From: Syntrophaceae bacterium
GTDB taxonomy: Bacteria > Desulfobacterota > Syntrophia > Syntrophales > Smithellaceae
Reading direction: 5' to 3'
Assembly (NCBI GenBank): GCA_018436925.1
Contig: JAHDKI010000001.1
Coordinates: 128,098-192,097 of the forward strand
DNA length: 64,000 nucleotides
Below are positions 41,631 through 51,205 of this stretch, one piece after another (the first letter of the stretch is position 1; each line of letters begins with the position of its first letter). Under the pieces are notes generated by a model that saw only the letters and a list, made by a program, of their open reading frames with translations, was not told the origin of the DNA and did not search any database. A program made the translations under genes and the position numbers.

Positions 41631-42332
41631 ATGGCAATGCAAAACGACATCATCAACATCGTGCCGGCATCAGACGATTATGAAGTCGGGTTTGCCGACC
41701 TGGGCGACCTGATCAAAGACCGCTATCCCTACCGGTACGCGGTGGTGGTCGGCAAAAGGCTTGACGACGTGGTCGTGGACGCCATTTCCGAGGGGCCTAC
41801 CCCCGACTACTATGCTCTTTATCGATCCACAAATGATGAGCTGAACCTCATTACCGAGAAGGTTGAGCGATTCCTCGGGCAAAACGGCTTTAGCTGCGCA
41901 AGAATTGAATCCACTATGCGGCCGGGCGAGGCAAACGATGCGTTTATGAAAACATTGCGCGCCGGTTTTTCCCATAAGATGGCGGCAACCCGCGCGGGAC
42001 TGGGCTGGATTGGAAAAACCGATCTTCTGGTCTCGAAACGGTTCGGTCCCCGCGTGCGTCTGGCGACCGTCCTGACCGACTATCCGTTTGAAAAACCGGG
42101 CCTTCCTGTTCGAGAAAGCCTCTGCGGTTCGTGCGATCTGTGTGTGGAAGTCTGTCCGGCGAAGGCGGCAAGCGGCAGGCTCTGGAACGACACGCTGGAC
42201 CGCGATGTGTTTTTCGACGCCTTTAAGTGTTTTGAAACCTGCCGGAGGCTTTCCCTGGAGCGTCTGAATCTGAAAGCATCCGTTTGCGGCATCTGCGTGA
42301 GCGTCTGCCCGCGAGGAAAGAGAAAGGGCTAG
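41631..42332 (+). CDS. QueG-like 4Fe-4S dicluster protein (epoxyqueuosine reductase family)
   Basis: SHKMAATRAGLGWIGK, FGPRVRL, CGSCDLCVEVCP, CGICVSVCP. Confidence 0.8.
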   Translation: MAMQNDIINIVPASDDYEVGFADLGDLIKDRYPYRYAVVVGKRLDDVVVDAISEGPTPDYYALYRSTNDELNLITEKVERFLGQNGFSCARIESTMRPGEANDAFMKTLRAGFSHKMAATRAGLGWIGKTDLLVSKRFGPRVRLATVLTDYPFEKPGLPVRESLCGSCDLCVEVCPAKAASGRLWNDTLDRDVFFDAFKCFETCRRLSLERLNLKASVCGICVSVCPRGKRKG

Positions 42333-42334
42333 GC

Positions 42335-42688
42335 ATGGAATCGAATTGGCAAGACGAACTGCCTGTGGGGATCACCGTTTGCGACGAGCAGGGCGTCATC
42401 CTTTCTATGAACGACCGGGCCGCGCTGATCTTCAAAAAATCGGGAGGATCCAAGCTCGTCGGCAAAAGCCTGATGGACTGCCATCCGCTAGACGCGCAGG
42501 AAAAAATTCGCAATCTGCTTGAACAAAAAAAGCCCAACGCCTATACGCTTGAAAAAAACGGGCGGACCGTCCTGTTGTATCAGTCTCCCTGGTATGAACA
42601 AGGGGCCTTCAAGGGGTTTGTCGAATTCATCTTTGAGCTTCCAGAGCAGATGAATCGCCTGGCCGAGATCCGCTGGGTGAATCAGTAG
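42335..42688 (+). CDS. stand-alone PAS domain protein
   Basis: ITVCDEQGVILSMN, VGKSLMDCHP, YQSPWY...GFVE. Confidence 0.8.
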   Translation: MESNWQDELPVGITVCDEQGVILSMNDRAALIFKKSGGSKLVGKSLMDCHPLDAQEKIRNLLEQKKPNAYTLEKNGRTVLLYQSPWYEQGAFKGFVEFIFELPEQMNRLAEIRWVNQ

Positions 42689-42694
42689 GCGCCT

Positions 42695-43873
42695 TCATTT
42701 TCCCGCATATTTTCCGTACAACTCGGCGGCGGCCGCAAGCAGCGCTTCGTTGGCCTTTGCGCCTCCGACATTGGCGGCCAGCACCATTGCCAAGTCGCGC
42801 TGCGGGTCGATCCAGATGTGGGCGAGGTTCATTCCGTTGGATCCGCCGTGATAGATCAGCGGGTAGGGCGCCCAGTCCACGCGAAGTTCGCCCCAGCCCA
42901 GCGCGTAGCGGCCCTGCGAAGGCGTGCCCGGGGCCGCGTCCGGGCGCGGCGGCATGGACGCGACGGGCGTTTGCAGTTTTTTGAGGGTTTTGGGTGTTAC
43001 AAGCCTGGGCCCGCGTTTTCCCTGTCCCGCGTTCCAGGAAGCCCATCGGGCAAAATCCAGAATCGACATGTGCGCAGTACCGGCCGGCCCGATAATCGGC
43101 GGATTGTCGCCGCAGGGGCCGGCGAGCATCGCAACAGGTTTACCGTTGATGATCGCATGCCCCAAGGGGGCGTCGATTTTCCCTAGGGAGGATTGGTGCC
43201 CCAGGCCGGCGGTTTTCAGGCCCAGAGGCGCGAATATCCTTTCGACGATCAACTCCTCCCACGTTCGTCCCTCCAGACGTTCGAGGATCGTTCCCGCGAT
43301 GACATAGTTCATATTGGCGTAAACGAAAGTCTCTCCGGGCTTATGCTCCAGGGGCAGCTTCGACCACTGCTGGGTGAGCCAGTAACGCAGCTCGTTGAGA
43401 TTGCCCGTTTCTTTCATGGAATCGAAAAGCAATCGGCCGAAAGCGTCGTTATCCGCAGGCACGCCGCTGGTGTGGGACAGAAGCTGCAAAACCGTGATGG
43501 CGCGGACTTCCGGCGACATGCCCGGTTCCATCTCGGGAAAAATCTGAGCCAGCGTCGAGTCCCAGTCGATTTCGCCTTTTTCGACCTGCATGGCCAAAAG
43601 CAACGCGGTCATGGCTTTCGTATTGGAACCGAGATGAAAACGGTCGTTGAGCGTCACAGGAATCCGATGACCGATCCGGCGTGTGCCGACGGCGCCGGCG
43701 GCGAGAATTTTTCCGTTGTGGGTCACGGCCGCCGCAAGGGCCGGCAAGCCGTTTTGTTCAAGATGTGTTTTCAGCATCGAATCCAGGACGTCCTGGGCGC
43801 GCGCGGGGGAAATCCAACAACACACGAAAATCGTTGCAAGTGCGCATAACAGCGTTAGGACATGTTTTTTCAT
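42695..43873 (-). CDS. exported serine hydrolase (beta-lactamase/AmpC-like family)
   Basis: Signal peptide, FHLGSNTK (SxxK), LLSHTSG, YAN, HGGSNG. Confidence 0.9.
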   Translation of the reverse strand: MKKHVLTLLCALATIFVCCWISPARAQDVLDSMLKTHLEQNGLPALAAAVTHNGKILAAGAVGTRRIGHRIPVTLNDRFHLGSNTKAMTALLLAMQVEKGEIDWDSTLAQIFPEMEPGMSPEVRAITVLQLLSHTSGVPADNDAFGRLLFDSMKETGNLNELRYWLTQQWSKLPLEHKPGETFVYANMNYVIAGTILERLEGRTWEELIVERIFAPLGLKTAGLGHQSSLGKIDAPLGHAIINGKPVAMLAGPCGDNPPIIGPAGTAHMSILDFARWASWNAGQGKRGPRLVTPKTLKKLQTPVASMPPRPDAAPGTPSQGRYALGWGELRVDWAPYPLIYHGGSNGMNLAHIWIDPQRDLAMVLAANVGGAKANEALLAAAAELYGKYAGK

Positions 43874-44148
43874 CGGAAATGAACAACCTCCTGCGTTATT
43901 TGGATGCTATAAACAATCGCGGCCGGAGAACTCATCCGATGCCCGATGGTTGCTGGAATAAGAAGCCTTGAAAAAGATGCTGTTTATATACAGAGCTTTT
44001 CTGCCTAAATCAATCAAATAACCAGCAACGCAAATAAGCCCGGGGCATCCGATTTGCAATTCCGATTCGATGGACGTGGGCTCGCGACGAAAGGAGGCAA
44101 GATGCTTTGCGGCGGTTGACGTAAAGAGAAAAAACACTGTGTCCGCCG

Positions 44149-45393
44149 CTAGCGGTTGTTTTCCATCCAGTTTACCAGCGTCTGCCTGCGGTTGACGAAA
44201 CCTTTCATATGGGGGTCATCTTTGAGGATTTTTCCGAAGTTGGTCTTGTGCCGTTCCAGAACATCGAGCAATCTGCGCGGATAGAAAAGATAGACCTTCA
44301 TCGAATCGGCCGGAAGGGAATATTTGCGGGCAAGATCCTTTCGAGGCAGAAAAATCCGACGCCAGAGGATTTTAGCCTTGTCCCAAGGACTGGAATTCGT
44401 CACGAACTCGGCAAACGGTTGTGTGACCATTCGCGCGAGCTTTCGGTCCGTGAAGATTTGTCCGAGTGCGGACTCGATGATGTTTTCCGGCAGGTCGGCG
44501 GGACGCATCCTGCTTAAGACGTCTTCGGGCACCGATGCATCGAGCAGATCCTTGGCGAAATACAAAGCCAGATACACGCCGCGTTGCCACGCCCATTGAT
44601 TGGCGCGCTCAATCACCGCCTCCCAGTCCAGCGATGACCCATGCCGCTCGAGAACGGAAGCGATGTCGCAAGAGGGCCGCAGGCCGAAGTAAAACTGGTG
44701 CAGGTAAGAGGCATGCAGGCACAGGTGCAAAAGCAGGTCTTCGTTTGACAGCGACAAAGCCCGTGCGCCGGCCACGCTAAACGGCACGGTGCGCGTCCAC
44801 AGCGCCTCCGGGTGGATGCTGTAAGGTTTGTCCGGATTGGCGAGATTCCAGTGCACCTCGACCTTGGCGCAGCCCGATTTTAAAAAACCGGGCAGATGAT
44901 GTCCTTCGGGGCCGTCTTCCGTTTTCCCGGCGATCGCGGTCGCCGGTTGAAAGCCCATGGATTCCAGCATCGACGCCGCCGGATGAAGATGTTCCGGACG
45001 GACCAGCAGGTCCAAATCGTTCATTTCCCGCAGAGCCGGCATCTCATAAACCGCGCAGGCCAGCACGATTCCTTTGAGAAAAACAACCGGAATGCCGCGG
45101 AAGGCCATTTCGGCGGCAAGCAAGCGGGCCTGGGCCGCAAGGTCCAGATTTCGAAGCGCGTTGCTGCGAAAAGCCTTCTCAAAGGACGAAGCGGCTGCTG
45201 CGGGGATCCCGCCCTCAAGCTGCTTTTGCTTGATGCGGTGCCAGGCCAGCGGCGTCACGCGCTGATCGCGGGCGATATCGAGCATTTCAGTCCAGGCTTC
45301 GGCCGAAAGCGCACGGAGTCGTTCGTGTTGAACCGGCGCGTCCTTTTTCAGAATGTCCAGCAGCAGACGTTCGGTTTGTGAGGGATGTTTCAT
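44149..45393 (-). CDS. nucleotidyltransferase family protein (lasso-cluster type)
   Basis: LKGIVLA..VY..PALREMNDLDLLV, VEVHW, LHLCLHA; ATGA overlap with ABC gene. Confidence 0.85.
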   Translation of the reverse strand: MKHPSQTERLLLDILKKDAPVQHERLRALSAEAWTEMLDIARDQRVTPLAWHRIKQKQLEGGIPAAAASSFEKAFRSNALRNLDLAAQARLLAAEMAFRGIPVVFLKGIVLACAVYEMPALREMNDLDLLVRPEHLHPAASMLESMGFQPATAIAGKTEDGPEGHHLPGFLKSGCAKVEVHWNLANPDKPYSIHPEALWTRTVPFSVAGARALSLSNEDLLLHLCLHASYLHQFYFGLRPSCDIASVLERHGSSLDWEAVIERANQWAWQRGVYLALYFAKDLLDASVPEDVLSRMRPADLPENIIESALGQIFTDRKLARMVTQPFAEFVTNSSPWDKAKILWRRIFLPRKDLARKYSLPADSMKVYLFYPRRLLDVLERHKTNFGKILKDDPHMKGFVNRRQTLVNWMENNR

Positions 45394-47252
45394 GCGTTTG
45401 TCCTTGAGCAAGATCCGTCGGTCTTGCCGCCGCTCATCTGACGCTTCCATGACGCGGCGTATCGACCGCCTGCGGCAAGCAGCGCTTCATGGCTGCCGGA
45501 TTCGATGACCCGGCCCTGGTCCAGAACATGAATAATGTCCGCCTGCATCGCGGTGGTGAAGCGGTGCGTGATAATCAGCGACGTGCGGCCCGCGGTCAGT
45601 CTGCGGAATCGAGAAAGCCAGTCCGCCTCCGCCCAGGAATCCATGAAACTCGTCGGTTCATCCAGGAGGATCAGGTCGGCCTGCCGCAAGAACGCTCGCG
45701 CGAGCGCCAGGCGCTGCCATTCGCCGCCGCTTAACTCCGCGCCGCCGAACCACTTGCCCAGAATCGCCTGGTAACCTTCGGGCAGACGCGAAATCGGCGA
45801 ATCCGCCCCGGCATCTTTGGCGGCCTGTTCAACCCGGTTATCGTCCGGCCTGCTTTCAATGTCGCCCAGGGCGATATTGGCGCGGACCGTGTCGGCATAG
45901 CGCACCGGTTCCTGAAAAAGCACCGTAATCCGGCGGCGAAGATCCTCCGGCGAATAGTTTTTCAGATCGGTTCCATCGGCCAGCACAACGCCCGACGCCG
46001 GGTCATAGAAACGGCATAAGAGTTTGATGAGCGTGGTTTTCCCCGCGCCGTTTTCGCCTACCAGCGCCGTGATTTTTCCCGCCTCCACGGTGAGATTGAA
46101 TCCGTTTAACGCAGGCCGCTCATTTCCGGGATAGCAAAAAACAATGTTCCGAAATTCAATGGCTTTTTGCAGGCCGGTCCATGCGGCGGGTTTTTGCGGA
46201 GCATAAATACGGGGGGCCAGCGCCAGAAACTCGAAAAGATTTTCCAGAAACATCGTGTTGCGGTAGATTTCTCCGAAACTGCCCAGAAGCGATCGCATCA
46301 TGCGCTGCCCCTGAAAAAACGCCTGGGCAAACAGGGCCAGGTCGCCCAGAGTGTAAAGGCCCTGCGCGGCCCGAATGCCCATCCAGGAAAGCGCTCCGGC
46401 AAGGCCCGCCAAACCCAGAAGCGCCGCGCCTGCCGAAGCAAACGCCTCATCGCGCGCCAGGCGCACCCGGTCGCGGCGCAGTTTGCGCCGCAGCCCGGTA
46501 AAAAGCGTTCGGAAATGCGCGCCCAGATGAAACAGTCTCATTTCCGCCGCCGCATCGCGCGAGGTCAGCATCATATCGTAGTAATGGGTTTTGCGAATGG
46601 CCGGCGTGTTTTGCACCCGCCAGTGGTGAAAACGCATCGTATGGCGCAAGACGACCAGCAGGGCCGGGATGGTGCTCAGCGCCAGGACCAGTGGGATGGC
46701 CAGACCGAACGTCAAAAGCACGCCTGCCATCGCGATGAGGGTGATCAAACTTTGCGTGAGCGCGCCGACGTTTTCAAGAAGCGCGGCCGGCCGAGACAGC
46801 GCGTCCACCCGCGCCCGGTGAAGCTGGTCATAGTATCCGGGATCGTCATAATAGGACAAGTCCAGACGCATCGCCTGGGCATGAATCAATTCATGGACAT
46901 GATCCTGCACTTTTTCGGCTTGCTCTGTGCGCAGCCATCGACCGACGCCCGCGAGAACTTCCGTGGCGATCAGCACGCCTCCCATAGCCGCGGCGGAGGG
47001 GGCAAGAGTGATCAGATTGCGCGCGCCTGTGCCGGAGGCGATGACGGTTGCGACGCCATCGACCAGGACTTTGGTCAGATAAACCAGCGCCACCGGCAAA
47101 AGTCCCTGAACCATCAGCAGCAAAAGCCAGACGATCGTCAACGCGCCCGCCGCCCGATAGGCCAGCGCGAGCGCTCGCGGCACGTAGGGAAGCTGAGTTC
47201 GAAACCGGACGGCCGCTTTGGCCAACTGTTTAGGAAATGATTTCGAAATCAC
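45390..47252 (-). CDS. ABC exporter (fused permease + ATPase), lasso peptide D protein
   Basis: TM domain, GENGAGKTT, ELSGGEWQRLALAR, LLDEPTS, ITHR. Confidence 0.92.
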   Translation of the reverse strand: MISKSFPKQLAKAAVRFRTQLPYVPRALALAYRAAGALTIVWLLLLMVQGLLPVALVYLTKVLVDGVATVIASGTGARNLITLAPSAAAMGGVLIATEVLAGVGRWLRTEQAEKVQDHVHELIHAQAMRLDLSYYDDPGYYDQLHRARVDALSRPAALLENVGALTQSLITLIAMAGVLLTFGLAIPLVLALSTIPALLVVLRHTMRFHHWRVQNTPAIRKTHYYDMMLTSRDAAAEMRLFHLGAHFRTLFTGLRRKLRRDRVRLARDEAFASAGAALLGLAGLAGALSWMGIRAAQGLYTLGDLALFAQAFFQGQRMMRSLLGSFGEIYRNTMFLENLFEFLALAPRIYAPQKPAAWTGLQKAIEFRNIVFCYPGNERPALNGFNLTVEAGKITALVGENGAGKTTLIKLLCRFYDPASGVVLADGTDLKNYSPEDLRRRITVLFQEPVRYADTVRANIALGDIESRPDDNRVEQAAKDAGADSPISRLPEGYQAILGKWFGGAELSGGEWQRLALARAFLRQADLILLDEPTSFMDSWAEADWLSRFRRLTAGRTSLIITHRFTTAMQADIIHVLDQGRVIESGSHEALLAAGGRYAASWKRQMSGGKTDGSCSRTNA

Positions 47253-47295
47253 AAAAGAAGCCTTTCACTCGCCGGCGTTTGAATAAGCCGTATCT

Positions 47296-47778
47296 TTATG
47301 AGAACGTCGAGACGACGGTATATCGGCTGCGTCCCTGCGCGCCGGTTAGAATTGACGGTCCGGAGCGGACCCAGGCGTGCGCGGCAAGTTTGGGGTGGGA
47401 GGCGTCGTCTTTGGCCACCCCCAGGTAAAGCGTTGACGCAATATGCCGCCGCCCAAGCATCCATTTGGCTGTAACCGCCTGCGGCAGACAGACGCTGCCC
47501 CAGGGCGTGTAACCGGCTGCCGAGCGGACCGCCCCGCCGATGAGCCGAGCTGTTTTTAAGGCGTTCGGGCTGAGCCTCCGGTCCGTTTCTTTCATGTGTT
47601 CGCCCAGCGAGGCGGCAAGCCAGCGAAACGGCAAAACCAACACGGCCAGACGGGCCAGACCAAGAAGAAGAAAAGCCTCGATCAACAAAAGACGTTCCGT
47701 GCGCGTCCGCCTGCGCCATTTCGCGGACCAATCTTTAAGGGTTTGCCGCAATGAAAGTCTGTTTGCTGAAGATGTCAT
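47296..47778 (-). CDS. lasso peptide B2 leader peptidase (transglutaminase-like)
   Basis: TPWGSVCLPQA (catalytic Cys), LYLGV, AHAWV (catalytic His). Confidence 0.92.
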   Translation of the reverse strand: MTSSANRLSLRQTLKDWSAKWRRRTRTERLLLIEAFLLLGLARLAVLVLPFRWLAASLGEHMKETDRRLSPNALKTARLIGGAVRSAAGYTPWGSVCLPQAVTAKWMLGRRHIASTLYLGVAKDDASHPKLAAHAWVRSGPSILTGAQGRSRYTVVSTFS

Positions 47779-48638
47779 TCGTCAAGAACCTCTCCATGGA
47801 CATTGAGGTAACCGAAGCGCTGCATTACCTCCCGGTGATCTTCCACGATCCGACGAACCTGTGCATCGTTGAGTTCTTCGCGCCATGACCCGATTTTCCC
47901 GCTTCGAAAAAACTTCTTTGCCGAGGGGGGCTTTTCAATGAATCCTTCCACATCTTCCTGGGCTTGGAGACGTTGAAATGAACTGTGTTCCAACGCCAGG
48001 AGGATTCCGTCGTCGGAAGGATCCAGGCCGACAGCTCTGCTTGCCGCTGCGAAGGTTTGAAAAGGGTTTTTGTGCATGTCTTCATAGCGCACGACGTGCA
48101 CATCGAACGGGGTCTGATCCACCCAACTTTTTACATGGCTGCTCCACGACAACAACTTTTGGCGCAATTGGTTGTGTAGCCGATCACTTTTTTCGCAAGA
48201 GGTGAATCCGTTATCAGCCATCCGGGCAATGGTTGTGTCATAATCCCAGCCGCTGTGGTGAGCAAAGGAGACGGCCACATCCAGAGGATTGCGGATGAAA
48301 TACAACGCGCCGGCGGTTGCGTCACGCGGAATCAGGGGGCGGTTGTTGTCTAAATAAAGATAGGCGTCGTGAATCTTCATAAAAACAGGCCCGCTTACTT
48401 TTTGCGCCAGATGGATGTAGAGCTCAGGCCGCAAGCGGTCAATCTCATCGGCTGTCAAGTCCGAAGCCTCGAAGCCGATTTCATCGTCAAAAAGGAGCCT
48501 TGAGCTTGCGATTCGTGTTTTTCCCAGACGATTGATGCTTGCCGGTTCATCGGAATCTCCAAGCAGATTGCCCAGAAAAACACGAAACCAGGTGTTGCCG
48601 GATTTGGGATATGAAGCGAGCCAGATGATGCCGCTCAT
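47775..48638 (-). CDS. PAPS-dependent sulfotransferase (lasso cluster)
   Basis: WLASYPKSGNTW, KIH, IRNPLDVAVS, VRYEDM, FFRSGKIGSW; ATGA-coupled to both neighbours. Confidence 0.92.
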   Translation of the reverse strand: MSGIIWLASYPKSGNTWFRVFLGNLLGDSDEPASINRLGKTRIASSRLLFDDEIGFEASDLTADEIDRLRPELYIHLAQKVSGPVFMKIHDAYLYLDNNRPLIPRDATAGALYFIRNPLDVAVSFAHHSGWDYDTTIARMADNGFTSCEKSDRLHNQLRQKLLSWSSHVKSWVDQTPFDVHVVRYEDMHKNPFQTFAAASRAVGLDPSDDGILLALEHSSFQRLQAQEDVEGFIEKPPSAKKFFRSGKIGSWREELNDAQVRRIVEDHREVMQRFGYLNVHGEVLDE

Positions 48639-49543
48639 GCGTTTACCCGCTCGAGAATTTTATCTGCAAGCTCATTGATTTGAAAACCCCGCTTCGGTCG
48701 CGAGACTTTGACAATCGGAAGATTTGCCGCGACAGCGGCACATTGACGGAAATGATCCGCGGTTTTGCCCAACCCTTTTAGAAATCCCATGCGATAGGTA
48801 TTGGAGATAAGTTGATTAATTTTGTCCATGCCGGTGAGCTCCCACATTTCGATTCGCTCCGTATTGACCGCATCCAACACAAAAAGAGCCTGAAGCGCTA
48901 CCGGAGTGGCAACATTTTCCTGAATCGGTATGAAAAATTTTTCGAGATTTTTGATCCATCGAACGCTTTGCAGGTCGTCTTTGTTTTTTCCCAGTTTATC
49001 GAGTGCATCAGCCCAGAGCTTTAAGCGCGAAAAGCCTGGAATGAGAGAAGATTTTTTACCGGCAGGATCGATTGCGCAGACATCATCGGCGAGAAAAAGG
49101 CAACCCCTGTCGTGAAGCGCCGCGGACAGCGTCGATTTTCCGATGCCGGAGGGCCCGGCAAACGCAATCGCACCCTTGTTGACAGCTACCGCTCCCGCGT
49201 GCAGAACGAGGATGCCGCGCTGATGAAGAAGCGCCCCCATCGCTGAGCCCATCAGAAAAATCAAAATGCGTTCAAGGCTTGACTGAGGGTGAGGAGTAAC
49301 AAGAATTCTGCGCCCCTTCCTAATCCAGTACCGCGCGACGCCGTCCACGCAAAGCAGCAATTCGTCCGTCGAAGCTTGATAGCGCACGCCGGTCACTTGA
49401 GGGTGGTCGAGTTTTTCCGGCGTCTGGCCGTACTCAATGACGATGTCAGGATTTGCCGCTTCGGCGGGATCGCTGAGCATCGGCGCCGGCAGCGGCAGCT
49501 CGGAGAGAATTTTTAAACCGAAAACGTAATATGCCTGATTCAT
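48635..49543 (-). CDS. HPr kinase-like lasso peptide kinase
   Basis: LVLHAGAV, GPSGIGKST (P-loop), LADDV, LKLWAD. Confidence 0.88.
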   Translation of the reverse strand: MNQAYYVFGLKILSELPLPAPMLSDPAEAANPDIVIEYGQTPEKLDHPQVTGVRYQASTDELLLCVDGVARYWIRKGRRILVTPHPQSSLERILIFLMGSAMGALLHQRGILVLHAGAVAVNKGAIAFAGPSGIGKSTLSAALHDRGCLFLADDVCAIDPAGKKSSLIPGFSRLKLWADALDKLGKNKDDLQSVRWIKNLEKFFIPIQENVATPVALQALFVLDAVNTERIEMWELTGMDKINQLISNTYRMGFLKGLGKTADHFRQCAAVAANLPIVKVSRPKRGFQINELADKILERVNA

Positions 49544-49572
49544 GATCGGGTCCGGATAATATATTTGTGCGG

Positions 49573-49601
49573 TTTATATCGGAAAAGGATGCGGCTGTCA
49601 A
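49573..49601 (-). promoter_or_regulatory. putative sigma-70 promoter for kinase-sulfotransferase-B2-ABC-nucleotidyltransferase operon
   Basis: TTGACA-17 bp-TATAAA on minus strand. Confidence 0.65.
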
Positions 49602-49968
49602 AAAGGCAAACACGAATGCTCTTTTTAAGAATTTCCTTTTCCTGGAATCTTTATCAACATGGCTCATCCAGAGCGGTGAACTGCTTCACCAAGGCGTCTT
49701 TAAAGCGCACTCTATAAATATGTTTATGAATACAACGTATTAAAGTAAGAGTGGCTCTTTTTCCAAGCGTGAATATTCCAACAGGTTGTCTTTACGAACG
49801 AAAACAGTTCAAGCAATGGACGGAAATCTCCAGGTTTGACGTGAGATTTAACATGCCGGAGAACATCGCGACAGCTCGTTTGGGAAATCAAATAGTGCCC
49901 GATCCGGATGATGCAAATGGCGAGAAGGGGTGCGCTGTAAGGCATAGATTATATGGATCATTTTCCGG

Positions 49969-49985
49969 TGTCGGAATTATTTACA
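49969..49985. promoter_or_regulatory. candidate enhancer box 1 (PEP-CTERM/PrsR-type)
   Basis: TGTCGGAATTATTTACA, TGT-N11-ACA. Confidence 0.6.
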
Positions 49986-50055
49986 GATTCGCCTTTTGTC
50001 ATACACTCGAATACATTGATTTTTTTCCTGAAAGGCCCTTATTGCCTCTTGCGCC

Positions 50056-50072
50056 TGTCGTATAATTTTACA
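50056..50072. promoter_or_regulatory. candidate enhancer box 2 (PEP-CTERM/PrsR-type)
   Basis: TGTCGTATAATTTTACA, same TGTCG-N6-TTTACA pattern. Confidence 0.65.
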
Positions 50073-50156
50073 ATTGCGGTCAGCAACCCTGCTTCAGGCA
50101 AATCGATTGGTTATTTTAATCAATATATTCAGCAATGTGGAGATATTTATTGCGGG

Positions 50157-50172
50157 TGGCCCGCATATTGCA
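50157..50172 (+). promoter_or_regulatory. sigma-54 (-24/-12) promoter
   Basis: TGGCCCGCATATTGCA matches TGGCACG-N4-TTGC with exact spacing. Confidence 0.8.
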
Positions 50173-50242
50173 AGTTTGTTAAGGCAAAAGGAATAATTTT
50201 AGAGAAAACCTTAAACAGGCTTTAAATAGTGGGGAGGAAAAA

Positions 50243-50854
50243 ATGAAAAAAATATTATTAATCGGCGCTATGATTCTTTCGTTGATCGGTCTTGTCGGAT
50301 ACGCAGGCGCAACGACAATCGATTTTGAGGAATTTGCTGCGGGAACAACCGTTAGCGGCCCCGGCATATTCGATGATGTCGTATTTACCGCCGGATCTGT
50401 AAGTATTATAGCTGTGGGTGCGGTGCCCGGACCTGAGTTGTCAGGTAGCAGAACAGCTGCTTCATTCACCTTTTCTAATCCCGATCCTTTTAAGGCGGAG
50501 TTTCTAATTGCCGGCGTAAATTCAGTGTCCGTGGCCATGGGCGATTATAACCAAGATCAGGACAATTTATTTCTCATAGCCTATGACAGTTTAGGTTTTG
50601 TGCTGGATGAAGTGTATTACCAATTGTTAGGTGAGGTTTATGGCGGACCGACTCTGACGGTCAACGCATCTAATATTGCATATGTTCTATTTGGCAGCAA
50701 CAGTCCTGTCGATGCAAATTATGATTATCCCAACAGTATCTATTTTGACAATTTCACATACAATACAACCCCCGTACCTGAACCAACCGCTTTGATTCTT
50801 TTAGGTTTGGGGCTTCTTGGACTGGTCAGCTTACGAAGACGTTTAATAAAGTAA
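50243..50854 (+). CDS. PEP-CTERM sorting domain surface protein
   Basis: Signal peptide, TTIDFE start of mature region, C-terminal VPEP-TALILLGLGLLGLVSL-RRRLIK. Confidence 0.92.
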   Translation: MKKILLIGAMILSLIGLVGYAGATTIDFEEFAAGTTVSGPGIFDDVVFTAGSVSIIAVGAVPGPELSGSRTAASFTFSNPDPFKAEFLIAGVNSVSVAMGDYNQDQDNLFLIAYDSLGFVLDEVYYQLLGEVYGGPTLTVNASNIAYVLFGSNSPVDANYDYPNSIYFDNFTYNTTPVPEPTALILLGLGLLGLVSLRRRLIK

Positions 50855-50874
50855 GTTTAGAAAATCAATAATAC

Positions 50875-50919
50875 AAAAAAAGGCAGAGCAAACTTAAAAT
50901 AAGGCGCTCTGCCTTTTTT
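50875..50919. terminator. bidirectional intrinsic terminator
   Basis: AAAAAAA-GGCAGAGC...GCTCTGCC-TTTTTT between convergent PEP-CTERM and precursor genes. Confidence 0.8.
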
Positions 50920-50999
50920 GCATGGTGGCGATCTGTATTCTAAAAAACTACCAATAGGTCTTTGGTAAAAAACCTATATTTGAAAGCACTCACAACTCC

Positions 51000-51170
51000 T
51001 TAAGAAGCCCATCCCCCACCGTCCTCTAATGATGGAACCCCCCCGGAGCTTGTCTCGCTGCAAGCTATCTCTTCCAGCTTCGGAGCCTTCCAGTTTCTTT
51101 TAGGTTTCTCGGGAAGTTCATTTTCTAGGGGACTGGCGGATTTAATATTACCCGAAGATTGTTCTGTCAT
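51000..51170 (-). CDS. lasso peptide precursor (56 aa, not in ORF track)
   Basis: Hand translation MTEQSSGNIKSASPLENELPEKPKRNWKAPKLEEIACSETS-SGGVPSLEDGGGWAS*; GGAGG RBS; WxxPxL leader motif, Thr at -2, acidic residues at core positions 8/9. Confidence 0.9.
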   Translation of the reverse strand: MTEQSSGNIKSASPLENELPEKPKRNWKAPKLEEIACSETSSGGVPSLEDGGGWAS

Positions 51171-51205
51171 TTTCCTGCCTCCAAAAATACAATTGATTTA
51201 CTTGA

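Noticed and set aside
43980-43993. CTGTTTATATACAG as a LexA/SOS box
   Set aside because: Spacer is 6 bp rather than the 8 bp of the E. coli-type box, and no DNA-repair gene is adjacent.
49724-50225. Short ORFs between kinase and PEP-CTERM gene as additional lasso precursors
   Set aside because: None has a W/YxxPxL motif, Thr at -2 with a suitable acidic residue, or a clear RBS; the region is better explained as promoter/enhancer DNA.
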